From: Octopus sinensis
Lineage: Eukaryota
NCBI RefSeq assembly: GCF_006345805.1
Contig: NC_043004.1
Span: forward strand, 54,436,001-54,500,000
Length of the DNA stretch: 64,000 nt
Direction: 5' to 3'
Below are positions 37,187 through 50,584 of this stretch, piece by piece. The position numbers and the translations under genes were made by a program. Every line of letters begins with the position of its first letter. The first letter of the stretch is position 1. The notes below the pieces were generated by a model that made no database searches, was not told where the DNA came from, and saw only the letters and a program-made list of their open reading frames with translations.

Positions 37187-40030
37187 ATGCCTGACTTGCA
37201 CTCGTTCGTCCAACACCTTCAATCCCTTCTTAGCCGCTTTCTCGCTTCCCCCCCCCCCAATGCTTACAACCCGCAAAAAAACTTTCTCAGTTGCTTTTTA
37301 AAAAAACTCGCCACTCTAGCCATCTCTCCTTCCTCAGCCGTTGCCTCCGCTATCACGTCACACCCCGTGGCTTCCTCTTGAAGTTCCACGCCACCCCCTA
37401 TTCCTCCCCCTTCATCGAACCCACCCTCGCCCGCACTTCCCGCCTCCTCATCCGTGCTACCATCCGTTCCACCCGCTCTCTCCTTCACTCCTTTGACCAC
37501 CAACTTCCCCAGGCTTACCTCCTTCTCTCCTCCCTCTGCCCTCCACTCTTCACCCAACCTATTCTCCGCTTCATTCTTAATCTCAACCACCAGCTTCACA
37601 ATTTCCTCACACACACAAAAAACAAAAAACTCCACCACCTTCTCAACCCTTCACCTCATTCCCCTACCCTCTCCTCCACATCCTCCGCTCCAGCTCCCCC
37701 GACTCTCTCCACCCCTCCCCCTTCCCCCTCCACGGACCAACACACACCCCACCCTGACCTTTCTACGCCTACCCCATCTTCACCCAACCACCCCAAATCT
37801 CCTCCCCACACCTCTGCACCCCCTCTTCCTGACCCCACTCATCCCACCACCCTGCTTCCTCGCACTGTTGTCACTATACCCATCAATCTTCCCCTCTCCG
37901 CTGCCAAGCGCTCTCTCCTCAGTAAGGGACTCCGCTTCACGCCTCTCACGCGCCACTGTGACGAATTCGAGACTCGGACGGACGTCAACCAGTTCCTGCG
38001 GCGCCTCAAACTTTGCGCCTTCTTCCACGCGTCTCCGCGGCGTCACGACAATCAGGATTGCTTTTTGGAGCTGGGGCGCCGCCCATCCAACTGGACGCCG
38101 CCACCGGGCCAATTCAGTAGCCTAGATTCGTTTGTGAACGACTGCAACGTGTTGGTAAACCGGTTTAACTTTAAAAAAAGACCTCTCCGAGACAACCTCA
38201 CACAGGCTGAATTGGTTGCCCTTCGCCACCTCCGTCGCCGCAATGACATTGTCATCAAACCGGCGGACAAAGGCGGAGCAGTGGTGGTGTGGATCTCTAC
38301 AGGGAGGAAGCGCTCAGCCAGCTTCAAAATCCCCTCTTCTATCGCCTCCTCCCCTCTGATCCCACCTCTTCCTACCAACAGCGAGTGTCCTCCACCATCC
38401 GCGAACTTATCTCCTCTTCTGCTCTCCTCCCCGCCACCAACCTCATCGTCTGCACACCCCGCACCTCCACCATCTATTTCCTTCCCAAAATTCATAAGCC
38501 CAATAACCCTGGCCGCCCCATCGTTTCCGCCTGTAATTGCTCAACTGAACACATTTCGCTATACCTCGACCGCATCCTGTCCCCCTTAGTCAAAGCCCTC
38601 TCTTCCCACATACATGATACCAACCACGCCTTCCGTCTCTTCAATTCCTTTTCCTTCCCTTCCAGCCCCTCACACCTCCTCTTCACACTTGACATCAATC
38701 CCTGTATACGGTAATTCCCCACAACGACGGTCTCCTAGCTCTCCAACACTACCTCGAACGTTGTCCTGACCACACCCCTAGCACCCCCACCCTTCTCCGC
38801 CTGGCAGAGCTCGTCCTAAACTGTTTCACGTCCGCCGGGGAAACGTACCAACAGCGGTCTGGGGTCGCGATGGGAACGAGAATGGGCCCCAATTTCGCCA
38901 ATCTCTTTGTTGGCTACATTGAGGCCCAAGTATTCTCCCAATTCTCCGGGCCGACCCCAGAACAATACGGTCGTTACATAGACGACTGTATAGGCGCCAC
39001 ATCCCTTTCCCGCGAACAACTCTGCCACTTCATCTCTTTCCTCTCTAACTTCCACCCCTCTTTACAATTCACTTCCACCCCTCTCTACAATTCACTTCCA
39101 CCATATCCAATACTTCCGTTAACTTCCTTGATATCTCACTCAGCATCGACCACCCCTCCCACTCTCTCACCACCTCCGCCTTCTTCAAACCCACGGATTC
39201 CCACATCTATCTCAACTTCTCCTCCTCCCATCCCTTCCACACCAAACGGGCCATCCCCTACTCCCAGTTCCTCCGCCTCCGACGCTTGTGCAGCCGCGAC
39301 CAGGATTTCGAAACCCAGTCTCAATACCTGGCCCGCCTGTTCAGGCTTCGAGGATACCCACCTACCCCGGTCTTGAACGCCTCGCCCTTTCTCCTTCCAC
39401 TCACTCACCCCCAAACGCACCCCTTTTCCCCTCCTTTTCCACCCCCTCCACTCTACCCCATCGTCGGAAGATACTTCGTGCCTTCTGTCGTCTCCAGCTC
39501 GATTCCACGACCCACCCCATTTTCCCCAACCCACCCCTGTCCTCCTTCAAACGAGCCCGGAATCTACGCGACCTCCTGGTCCGTAGCACCCTCCCTTCTT
39601 CCCCTCGGCCCCACTCGGATCCTTCCCGTGCTCCAGATCCCGCTGCAACACCTGCCCCTTCATCACCAACACCACTGCTGTCACCGGTTCCAACCAGCGA
39701 ACTGTACGTATCAGACATTCTTTTACGTGCACCTCGTCTGGACTCATATACTGCATTAAATGCAACCTCTGCTGAATGCTGTATATAGGAAAGACGGGAC
39801 GCCGGTTGTCAGACCGATTCGCCGAACATCTGAGGGATGTTCGTCTACGGTCCAATTCTCCCGTCGCACGTCACTTCCGCTCGGCCAGCCATTCCCCCGA
39901 GGACATCTCGGTGTTTGGTCTTGCCCCACACAACGGCTCTCCACAATCTAGGCTTCACTTGGAGCAACGGCTCATATTCCTTCTACAGACTCTAACCCCA
40001 CACGGACTCAACACAGCCTCCTCCTCTTAG
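37187..40030 (+). pseudogene. PLE ORF: reverse transcriptase + Cys-rich linker + GIY-YIG endonuclease (frameshifted)
   Basis: HLSFLSRCLRYHVTPRGF, LLSKGLRFTP, IVIKPADKGGAVVV, YFLPKIHKPNNPGRPIVS, LFTLDI, GVAMGTRMGPNFANLFVG, RYIDD, LPFLDI, AIPYSQFLRLRRLCS, CSRSRCNTCP, YCIKCNLC*MLYIGKTGRRLSDRFAEH...LEQRLIFLLQTLTPHGLN. Confidence 0.95.
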
Positions 40031-40149
40031 TGACTGCGCTCCGCTTCTCCCCACTAGCATCTTTAATTTTTTATTTATTATTTTTTATTTTTTATTTTAT
40101 ATTTTTTATTTTTTATTTTATATTTTTTATTTTTTATTTTTTATAATTG

Positions 40150-40821
40150 TCCTTATGCAGTCACACACATACTCACGTACCCACGAACACACCTACTCCC
40201 AACACACCACACACACACAACGTACATGCACATGTACGCACACATACTTCCACACCTATACACCCACCCACACACCTATACACCCACCCACACACCTATA
40301 CACACACCCACGCGCACACACACACATGCCCGTGCTCACACACAAGGACAATACTCATACAGATACGCACACACCTATAAACACCTAGCTGAGACGCACA
40401 AATACACGCACGTAAGCGCACACACGCACACAAGCACGCGCATGTACCTTACGCCCACACAACTCCAACCCCCCCCACACACACACGCATACATTCACAC
40501 ACACATACATACGTTACGTACACACACATAATACATACATAGATACATTCATACATACAAACATACACACACACGCATACATACATACATACATTCATAC
40601 ATACATACACACACACATACATACATACACACACATATACATATGCACACATACATACACACACACATACATACACACATACATACATACATAGACACAC
40701 GCACATATACATACACACATACACACACACATACCCACACACACACGCACGCACACATACATACATATATACATACACATACAGACATATACATACATAC
40801 ATACATATATACACACACACG

Positions 40822-40853
<32 letters not shown>

Positions 40854-41838
40854 CACACACGTACACACATACATACATACATACATACACACATACATAG
40901 ACACATACACACACACATACAAACATACATACACACACATATATGCACACACATACATACACACACATATACGCATACATACATACACACACACACACAT
41001 ACACTCATACACACACATACATATACATACATACATATACACACATACATACATACATACACACACATACACACATACATCCGCGCACTCACACATACAC
41101 ACATACACGCATATACACATACATACATACAGACACACACACACATACACACATACCTACATACATAGATATATACATACACGCATACACACATACAATC
41201 ATACACATACATACACGCACACACATACACACACATACATACTATGCACACATACACAAACATACACACATACATACATACAAACACGCGTACATATACA
41301 TACATACATACACATACACACACACACTTACACACATACACCCGTACATACATACACACACACTTACATACACACACATAATACATACTTACACACATAC
41401 ACACATACATACATACACACACGCAAACATATACATACATACATACATACATACACACACATACATACATACATACACACATACATACACATATACATAC
41501 ATACATACATAGATACATACATACACAAACATACATATACATACACCACACACATACATACACACATACACACACACGCACGCACACATACTTACATGCA
41601 CAAACATACATACACACACACGTACATACATACATACATACATACACACACATTTACACACATACACACATACATACACACACATACACACATACATACA
41701 TACATACATAAACACACATACACACACACACACATACACACACACACACATACACACATACATACATACATACACACATACATATACACACATACACACA
41801 TACACATACACACACACATACATACACTACATACATAG

Positions 41839-41869
<31 letters not shown>

Positions 41870-43300
41870 TACATATACATACATACGTACACACACGCAC
41901 ATACACACATGCATAAATACATACATACACACATACATACATACGTACATACATACACACACACACTTACACACATACACACATATACATACATACGTAC
42001 GTACGTACGTACATACATACATACACACACACATACATACACACACACACATACATACATACATACATACATACACACATACACACACACATACATACAT
42101 ACATACATACATACACACGCATACATATACACACATACATACACATACACACACATACACATACACACATACATACACACACACACATACATACACACAT
42201 ACATACATACATACATAGATACATACATACACACACACGCACATACGTATACATACATACATACACACACACATGCACGCAAGCACACATACATACACAC
42301 ACATACTTACACACACATACATACACACACATATACACACATGCACACACATACTCACATACATATATACACACATACATACATACATACACACATACAC
42401 ACACATACTCACATACATGCATACACACATACATACATACATACATACACACATACACACACATACACACATACATACATTCACACACGCATACATATAC
42501 ACACATACACATACACACATACAAACATACACACACATACGTAACACATACATACATAGATACATACATACATACACACACATACATACACACACATGCA
42601 CACACACACTTACACACATACACACATACATACATACACACATATAAACATATAAACACACATATAAGCCTCTACATTGTACACACACGCACACATATAT
42701 ACATACATTCACTCGCACGCACGTACACACACACGCACACACACACACACATTTACATATATATACTATACACGCACACACACATACACACGTACAAACA
42801 CACACAATTTACATACACACCGACAGATATACATACACAATATACACCTATCCGCGCACGCACACATACACATATACACATACAAACGAACACATACACG
42901 CACACACATACACGTACATACATACACACTCACACAAATCAACCCACACATACATCCCTACACACACACACGCACGTACAAGCACACACGCACACATACA
43001 CTAGGTTAAGCACAGTTACTCGCCACACACCCAAACTCTACGCATACACACACGAACACACACATGCACACACACACAGTACAAACAACACACACACATG
43101 ATACATATACTTATACGCATACACATATACCCTTTGTTTTTTTACCTGGTTTTGACCTCGCTGGATACAAAAAAGTGCCACTCCTTTATGACAGCTAACT
43201 TGCCATGCCTATTATTCACCATACATACCCATACACACACACGCACGCACGCGCACAAACACACTTGTCATCCTTGCACACACACACACACACGCACCCA
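40150..43300. repeat. ~3 kb degenerate (CA)n/(CATA)n tract
   Basis: Direct inspection; explains all HT/YVCM ORFs in this interval. Confidence 0.95.
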
Positions 43301-43455
43301 CACATATTCCTTGTCTTTGAAACTCTCCTGTTTTTAAAAATCATGATTCGTCTACCTTTCAGCTTCTGTTCTTTCAACATGTGATCTCTTGAGCACCACC
43401 AGCAAAAATATTTTTTCCCCCTGTCTTCCCTTCTCGGGATCTTTCCTTCTCCTAT

Positions 43456-43490
43456 GTTTCCGACGAAGAGCTCCGCTCGAAACGTTAAAC
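43456..43490 (+). ncRNA. Minimal type I HHR in the PLE pLTR (CCGACGA core)
   Basis: GTTT-CCGACGA-A-GAGC(tcc)GCTC-GAAAC-GTT-AAAC; loopless palindromic stem III (AACGTT). Confidence 0.75.
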
Positions 43491-43585
43491 CCTCCTTCCC
43501 TTCTTTCCTGAGCGTCAAATAATACTTTAATTGTTCCACGTCCTCGCGTTGCTGTGTTTTTTTCTGTGTTTTCTTGTTTGGATTA

Positions 43586-43635
<50 letters not shown>

Positions 43636-43689
43636 ATATAATTATATGATTGAACGCCACGCATCCATTTCCAAGTAAGTTTATATATA

Positions 43690-43744
<55 letters not shown>

Positions 43745-44009
43745 TTACATATATATATGTGTGTGTATATGTATAAAATCGTTTAATTTTTTTATATGTA
43801 TGTGTGTGGGATGGAATATTTAATACTTTTGGTATAATTATATTTTCTTATGTTTTCTACTTGCACATTGTGTCTTTTTTTGTGCTATTTGTCTATATAT
43901 ATATAAATGGTTTCATCATTTATTATTATTTGTTTCAGTCATGCAGTTGTGGTCATGCTGGAGGACTACCGTGGTTTTGCGCCGTTGATTACGATCCAAT
44001 TTAGCTGAT

Positions 44010-44500
44010 TTCTTCATGGTGGTGGGGTTTCACTTCACCACTCAAGTATGTGCATTTCTCCTGAATTTTGGCCCATTCAGTGTATGGGGGCATTTGACAG
44101 CGCTACCCTAGTCTGTATCTAATGCTGTGCCGTAGATTCATCCGGTATTGTTGGGAGGAGAAAGTCTAGTTCTTTTTTGAAAACATTTACGTCCACATTG
44201 TTGGGAGGGAAAGATCTAGTTGAAGATATCTACACCCACATTTTCTAGGTTTCTTAATAAGTGTGGCAGGGTCTTGAAGTACTGTGGGGCTTTGAATCCT
44301 AAGTTATTGCAGTACCTGGTCCTAAATTTATATGAAGTGAGTATTACCTTCCGTACAATTCAACGGCGTCCAGTTCGGGTATTTGTATAACACTCAATGC
44401 CGAAATTAGGTACTAGCCCTTTCCAGAAATTTCTATATTGTGATTATTAGATATTTGTAGCACATACGATCCAAGGAGTAATGTCGTGTATATAAATGAT
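44010..44500 (-). mobile_element. 3' fragment of a second CR1/L2-group LINE
   Basis: HYSLDRMCYKYLIITI*KFLE/GLVPNFGI...RTGRR...NNLGFKAPQYFKTLP...FKKELDFLLPTIPD parallels the 15240-15560 C-terminus. Confidence 0.65.
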
Positions 44501-44551
44501 ATAAGCACAATATCATTTAAATTAACATATATGTATATATGTGTATAATTA

Positions 44552-44781
44552 TTGTTTGTTCCTTCTCGAGCCATGCCTAGCTCATAAGGGCCGGTTTCCC
44601 GATTTCCTTAGCGTATAGGTTCCCCACCTTGACGGGACGCCGTTCCGTCGCAGGTGAGCTGCAAGATGCAGGAGGAAAGAGTGAGAGAAAGTTGTGGCGA
44701 AAGAGTCAGCAGAAGTTCGCCATTACCTTCTGCTGGAGCCACGTGGAGCTTAGGTGTTTCGTTCATAAACACACACCTCGC

Positions 44782-44783
<2 letters not shown>
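44552..44783 (-). mobile_element. SINE-B body with tail T3 (5' truncated)
   Basis: Shared body CTTTCGCCACAACTTTCTCTCACTC, then GCGACGGAACGGCGTCCCGTC...CCGGCCCTTATGAGCTAGGCATGGCTCGAGAAGG. Confidence 0.7.
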
Positions 44784-44824
<41 letters not shown>

Positions 44825-44831
<7 letters not shown>

Positions 44832-45117
44832 ATCACGTGACCGACCAGGCTATCAGATGTCGTTACACATCGTTGGTCACAATCCGCTTCGCATTGTTTT
44901 AGCCTTCAAATGACGCTACCGCTGGCTAAGCAGGCAGGCCAACTGAAGAAAGCATGTTGTGGCGAAAGAGTACAGCAGGGATCGCCAACACCCCCTGCCG
45001 GAGCTTCGTGGAGCTTTAGGTGTTTTCGCTCAATAAACACTCACAACGCCCGGTCTGGGAATCGAAACCGCGATCCTACGACCGCGAGTTCGCTGCCCTT
45101 ACCACTGGGCCATTGCC
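44825..45117 (-). mobile_element. SINE-B with tail T2, inside (TA)n
   Basis: Homologous to 10666-10976; (TA)n on both sides. Confidence 0.85.
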
Positions 45118-45125
45118 ATATATAT

Positions 45126-45217
<92 letters not shown>

Positions 45218-46269
45218 CATACATACATATATATGCCAATTTAATTGATATCGTTTTGATATCGTTTGTTAACAAAAGTGGACGAAGTTACTTTCTAGTT
45301 GCATCGAGTATAGTGTATTAAAACTGAATTTATTAACTATAGGAGCACATGCACACACACACATACATCATACAAACGTACATAAATACATACATAGATA
45401 CGTACATACATATGTTCTCTGCGGTAATAACGATAGCCACTCTTAGTGTGCGCGCATGTTTAATAAGAAGAAAGTCACGAGGGTGTTTAGACATGCCTGG
45501 GACCTGAAAAGCCAACTAGACACCACATATTATGAAGTGGAGCATCAGGGAATAATCCACACTATACCTCAAAGCGATGCAGGCTTTTTTTTTTTAGCTG
45601 AAATATAACATATCTTATTTTGATCTTATTAAATTCTAATTCTGACAGCATCCAAACAGTTTGTTTTTCTTATTGAATTAGCAAAGGGCAAGCTATACAA
45701 GCTTGCCCGACCGTTGTGTTTTCAAAGCATGAAACTATAGTGACTCGAATTTAAATCATGTGTATATCGGTTTTAAATTTTAACGCAAGGCCAGTAATTT
45801 CGGGAAATGGTTAAGTCGAATACATCGACCGCATTATTCAACTGATGCTTATATTATCTACCCCCAAAACAATGAAAAGCTACGGTGATCTCAGTGGAAT
45901 TTGAACTCTGAACTTAAAGACAGATGAAATAGCGCTAAGCATGGTATTTATCTCTCACTAGATGGATAATGTTTTTTGTTGATCCCACAAATAATGAAAC
46001 AGTACATTGTGTATGCGCGCGTGAGGTATACAAATACACTTACATACACATAGTCACTAAGGTATTATGGCCAAAAGCCACCAATCACCATCTCTTCTTC
46101 CTTCGTAGATCAATCCAATACTACTTTATCGATCTGACAAATAATAAGAGACTCACTCTTCAGTGTGTGGAGATTTGTTTGTTCCCGATAGACTTATGGC
46201 AATAACGGAAGGAATTTCATCTTAATTGGATTTTTTTTTATTATTCCTTCTCTAGAAAGCCAACTAAGT

Positions 46270-46358
46270 TATTATTCTTTTCGTCATCGTCGTCGTCAGC
46301 CTCCTCCACCTTCTCACCCTCATCATCATCATCATCATCATCATCATAATCGTCGTCG

Positions 46359-46392
<34 letters not shown>

Positions 46393-46589
46393 AATCGTCG
46401 TCATCATCATCGTTATCATCATCATCATCATCATCATCACCATCATTACTATTGCCATCTTTGTTATTATGACTCTTATTCTAATTGCTGCTATCGTTTT
46501 TGTTGTTACCGTCGTCATCGTCATCTTCATCAGCAATAGCAGCAGCAGCCGCATCGTCACCATCAGCATCGTCGTCGTCGTCGTCGTCG

Positions 46590-46635
<46 letters not shown>

Positions 46636-46648
46636 CATCATCATCATT

Positions 46649-46683
<35 letters not shown>

Positions 46684-46778
46684 AATCATCATCATCATCA
46701 TCATCATCATCATAATCATCATCCTTCTCATCCTCTTCCTCCTCCTCCTCCTCCTCCTCATCATCATCATCATCGTCG

Positions 46779-46812
<34 letters not shown>

Positions 46813-46815
46813 TCT
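46270..46815. repeat. (TCA)n/(TCG)n/(TCC)n microsatellite
   Basis: Direct inspection. Confidence 0.95.
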
Positions 46816-46819
46816 TACT

Positions 46820-47035
46820 GCGACAAGCTGGCAAAATCGTTAGCACACCGGGCAAATTGCTTAACAGTATTTTGTCTGCTGCTACATTCTGAGTTCAAAT
46901 TCGCCAAGGTCGACTCTGCCTTTCATCCATTTGGGGTCGATAAAGTAAGTACCAGTGGAACACTGTGGTCGATGTAATCGAGTAGTCCCCTCCCCCCAAA
47001 TTTCAGACATTGTGCCTACAGCAGAAAGGATTATT
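46820..47035 (+). mobile_element. SINE-A monomer with tail a, followed by (TTA)n/(GTA)n
   Basis: Head, GAGTTCAAATTC B-box-like motif, GGGGTCGATAAAGTAAGTACCAG, CCCCCAAATTTCAG...AGAAAGGATTATT. Confidence 0.8.
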
Positions 47036-47045
47036 GTTATTATTA

Positions 47046-47096
<51 letters not shown>

Positions 47097-47111
47097 TATT
47101 ATTATTATTAT

Positions 47112-47179
<68 letters not shown>

Positions 47180-47721
47180 CTTTTTGCTTATTATTATTGT
47201 TACTGATATTCTTGACGTTAAATGTTGCCACTGTTGTTATTGATATAGTTTTCTTTCGGTAAATATTTGTCCACAGTTAATTTAAAACAACCTATTCCAA
47301 CAATTCTTATATTGCCACGAATGTTTGCGAATAAACGACTACAACCTAACCTACAACTGTAAAAATACAGACAACAGCTTCTAGTTGGCTTTATTCAGTA
47401 TTTTCCTCATCCACAACAACCCGCCCTCACATGACGTAAATCAAAAAAAACAAAATAGTGTTGTTTTTAGGGTAATTATCCGTTTTTGGTTTCTCTTTTA
47501 TCTTTGTCGTAGTCAAATCTGTGGAAGAAAGTGGATTCGAGAAGAAAAATAAAACCCGCCTATTGCTTGCTCGTACTTAGTGTAAATGTACCTTTGGGTA
47601 ACTATTGTATGCTTTTATGATTATTATTAGTATATTTAAGGCGGCGAGATGGCAGAATTGTTAGCACACCAGGCGAAATGCTCAGCAGTATGTCGTCTGT
47701 TGCTAGGTTCTGAGTTCAAAT

Positions 47722-49204
47722 ACCGATATTTGCAATACACCTAGATTGTAGAGCATTCCTAAAGTTTCCAGGTGTTTCTTCAGATTGGGTGGTATTGAAC
47801 CCAATGCTCCGATGACAACAGGGACAACCTTTATGTTTGACTCTGAGAACTTGGCGATCTCAATTCTCAGGTCTCCATATTTATCAATCTTTTCTCTTTC
47901 TTTCATGATGACATGTTGATCTCCTGGCACTGCCATGTCGCTTATTATGCTCTCTTGTTTGTCCCTCCTAAAGATTACTATGTCCAGCCTTCGGTGCTCT
48001 AACACCTTGTCTGTCTGGAAGTCAAAGTCCCAGAGGATTTTTTTTTCCAGTGCATGTTGCTACCAAGCACCCGTTACCTCGTATCCATACTTCTGGCATA
48101 GCAGCCAGTAAATGTTTTGGGCTACCTTATCGTGTCTGCTCTTATACTCTTTCTGCACAAGACTTTCACAAGCACTAACAATGTTAATCATGTCTTCGAC
48201 TCTCTTCCCACACGTTCTGCAGAGGTTCGTTTCACTCATGTGGTTTATATCCCATTTCACTATATTGGTATTCAATGCTTGTTCCTGAGCAGCGTTGATT
48301 AGGCTTTCAGTCTTCTTTTTTTATGTCACCCTTGCTGAGCCACCTCCATAATGCTTTTTCGTCTTTTAAGCTGTTGGTTTCACGGTGGAACATCGCCTTT
48401 AATTCTCCATTTCCGCCATGGCTCCCTCTGTCCGTCTGATTTCCTCTCTTCCTTCCCAAGCAGTTCACCTACTAAAATTAAAGCGGATCTGATTAAGCTC
48501 CTTGTTTCTGTTGGATCTTCTGTCAGAATGTATTTCAGAATCTCATCAACTTTTTGGGTCGCGCGTCTCACATTGTTACGGTCGAAGCTTCTCAAATTCA
48601 CCGACTTGGTCTCTGTTCTTGTAACTATTATATCCTCGAATCTTATCCTGATGTTTCTCAATTCGTCAGTCATATCCTGCAATACAGTGTTTTCTACACT
48701 ATTTATTGGCCGGCCTCTCTTCTACTGCAACTTTGCTAATTTCCATCTAACATTATTACCCTCGAGGTTAACCTCTACGGAGGCTGTTCCTGATTTCTGA
48801 ATCTGGGCTTCATTAAGAAAGCCTCTATTCCGAATTATTCTTATCTGCTTCATGAGTCCATTTTCAGTAATCTAGATCATACCCAGCTGGTTCCAAAGTC
48901 CTAATGATCTTTTTTTTCCGACAGCTTTACCTTTGCCATTGTTCTTGTCTAGCAGGGCTTGTTCATGGCACGGGATTGCCGTTTTGTTCATATCAACAGA
49001 CCAATAGCATTTGCGAGCATGTTGCATATTTTGACCAGCAAACAGACTACGATTGGGTGGAATCTGGTCTCCCACTTCATTGCCCTCTGAGGGGCTCCAG
49101 CCTGGCGCAGTAGATCTGCTGAGTCTTCCCGTTCATGCCAGTATTTTTGTTTGAAATTGTCGTTATTGCAAAGAATGAGGATGATTTTTTACAGGGTTTT
49201 CTCC
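47722..49204 (-). mobile_element. R4/Dong-type RLE LINE lacking the RT domain (internal deletion), 5' end in (TAA)n
   Basis: N-terminal region (ITENGLMKQIRIIRNRGFL...ETRSLIRSALILVGELLG...PWRKWRIKGD) joined at ~48390 to MFHRE...LWRWLSKGD...AAQEQALNT...CRTCGKRVEDMINIVSAC...RHDKVA...WDFDFQTD...RRLDIV...DMAVP...EKIDKY. Confidence 0.85.
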
Positions 49205-49466
<262 letters not shown>

Positions 49467-50074
49467 AGTGAGAGAACAGTGCATGCTATCAAGGTGACAC
49501 GGGTAAATTATACGAAACCTAGTAAACCCATAATGACTACACGTCTAATAAGGGTACACAAGGCACATGCATCACAACCATATGTGCACGACATGGTGAT
49601 CTCATATCAAGATAAACAGCGCATGACCTTGAAGATGGAGTCTAGTTAGAATTGTCTTCACGTCGCGTAGCCGATCCCACTCAAAAGGTCCCTGAATAAG
49701 GGTTGTTAAAGGATGTTGAACAAAATAACCATGTTTCCAAAGGTGAATTATCCAAACCCCACAGAATTCCTCACAACTCATGGCCATGATGCTCCCCCCC
49801 GCTACTTCTGCTCGTGATCAGAGATGCACTTATCATCAGCCACTATTATTATTAACACGGTGAGCTGGCAGAAACGTTAGCAAGCTGGGCGAAATGCTTA
49901 GCGGTATTTCGTCTGCCGTTACATTCTGAGTTCAAATTTTGGACACAAAAGTTAAGTTTGCTGGAGGCAGCAAGCCCACGTCATCCCACATTTACCTCCA
50001 CTGCCGCTCTGATCATCCGCATCATATTATTCGGCCAAATCTGAAATCCTAATTTCTCAGGATAAAGCGAATTT

Positions 50075-50320
50075 GTACTGACATAGAGGATTACAAGAAA
50101 CATGCAAAAGCTTTTGTTCATCATTATGTCAAACGCAGTTACAGCGAATCACAATTAAAGGAAATAGCAAATGAAATAGCTAAAATTAGCAAAGATAGTC
50201 AAACGTTCACGCATAATTTTAGCAAACACAACACAATAGATGACAAAATTCCTTTAGTGATTAACTGGCACCGAAATTTCGCTGGCGTTTCAAAAGTGTT
50301 GCATGAAAATATCCCCGAAA
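50075..50320 (+). pseudogene. PLE RT-thumb/linker fragment
   Basis: LRIKRICTDIEDYK...VKRSYSESQL...KIPLVINWHRNF parallels LRLRRLCS...RGYP in the 37-40 kb element. Confidence 0.55.
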
Positions 50321-50414
50321 TTTCAGGCCTTGTGCTTTTAGTAGAAAGGATTATCATTGTTATTGCTGTTGCTCTTCTTCCACTTCTTGATGTTATTACT
50401 ACTATGATTTAATG

Positions 50415-50584
50415 CTTTTCCGGTGTATGTTGGTATCAAGCACCCGCAACCTCATATACAATATTAAAGCATAGTAGCCAGTGGAGGTTTTTGACAAACT
50501 TGTCGTGTCTACGCTTGCACTCTTTCTGCGCAAGACTTTCACGAGAATTAACAATGTGAGTCACGCTTTCGACCCTCTTCCCAC
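50415..50584 (-). mobile_element. R4/Dong CCHC-region fragment
   Basis: Nucleotide similarity to 48060-48210 (CAAGCACCCG...ACTCTTTCTG..CAAGACTTTCAC). Confidence 0.65.

Larger units (their letters stand above)
37054..43590 (+). mobile_element. Near full-length Neptune-type Penelope-like element (extent beyond 40030 inferred)
   Basis: RT+GIY-YIG ORF, CA/CATA-rich 3' region, HHR-bearing pLTR; TAACTTT at both ends (37054-37060, 43584-43590); (TA)n outside both ends. Confidence 0.7.

Noticed and set aside
39773-39775. In-frame TGA in the PLE endonuclease as possible selenocysteine
   Set aside because: It follows a complete CNLC motif rather than replacing a conserved Cys; more simply a CGA/GGA>TGA mutation; no SECIS recognised.
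40147-43009. Long ORFs up to 383 aa (MCVCMYV.../HTHTY...)
   Set aside because: Translations of CA/CATA microsatellite; open in several frames on both strands.
36586-43930. ~150-bp direct repeats (36586-36740, 43775-43930) as LTRs around the PLE
   Set aside because: Visibly diverged, separated from the element by other modules, no TG..CA ends or PBS; probably two copies of a dispersed repeat.
46264-46855. Poly-Asp/Met/Ser ORFs
   Set aside because: (TCA)n microsatellite.
48640-48675. CTGACGA...GAAAC on the minus strand as HHR
   Set aside because: Only 5 nt between the motifs, no stem II; lies within R4 coding sequence.
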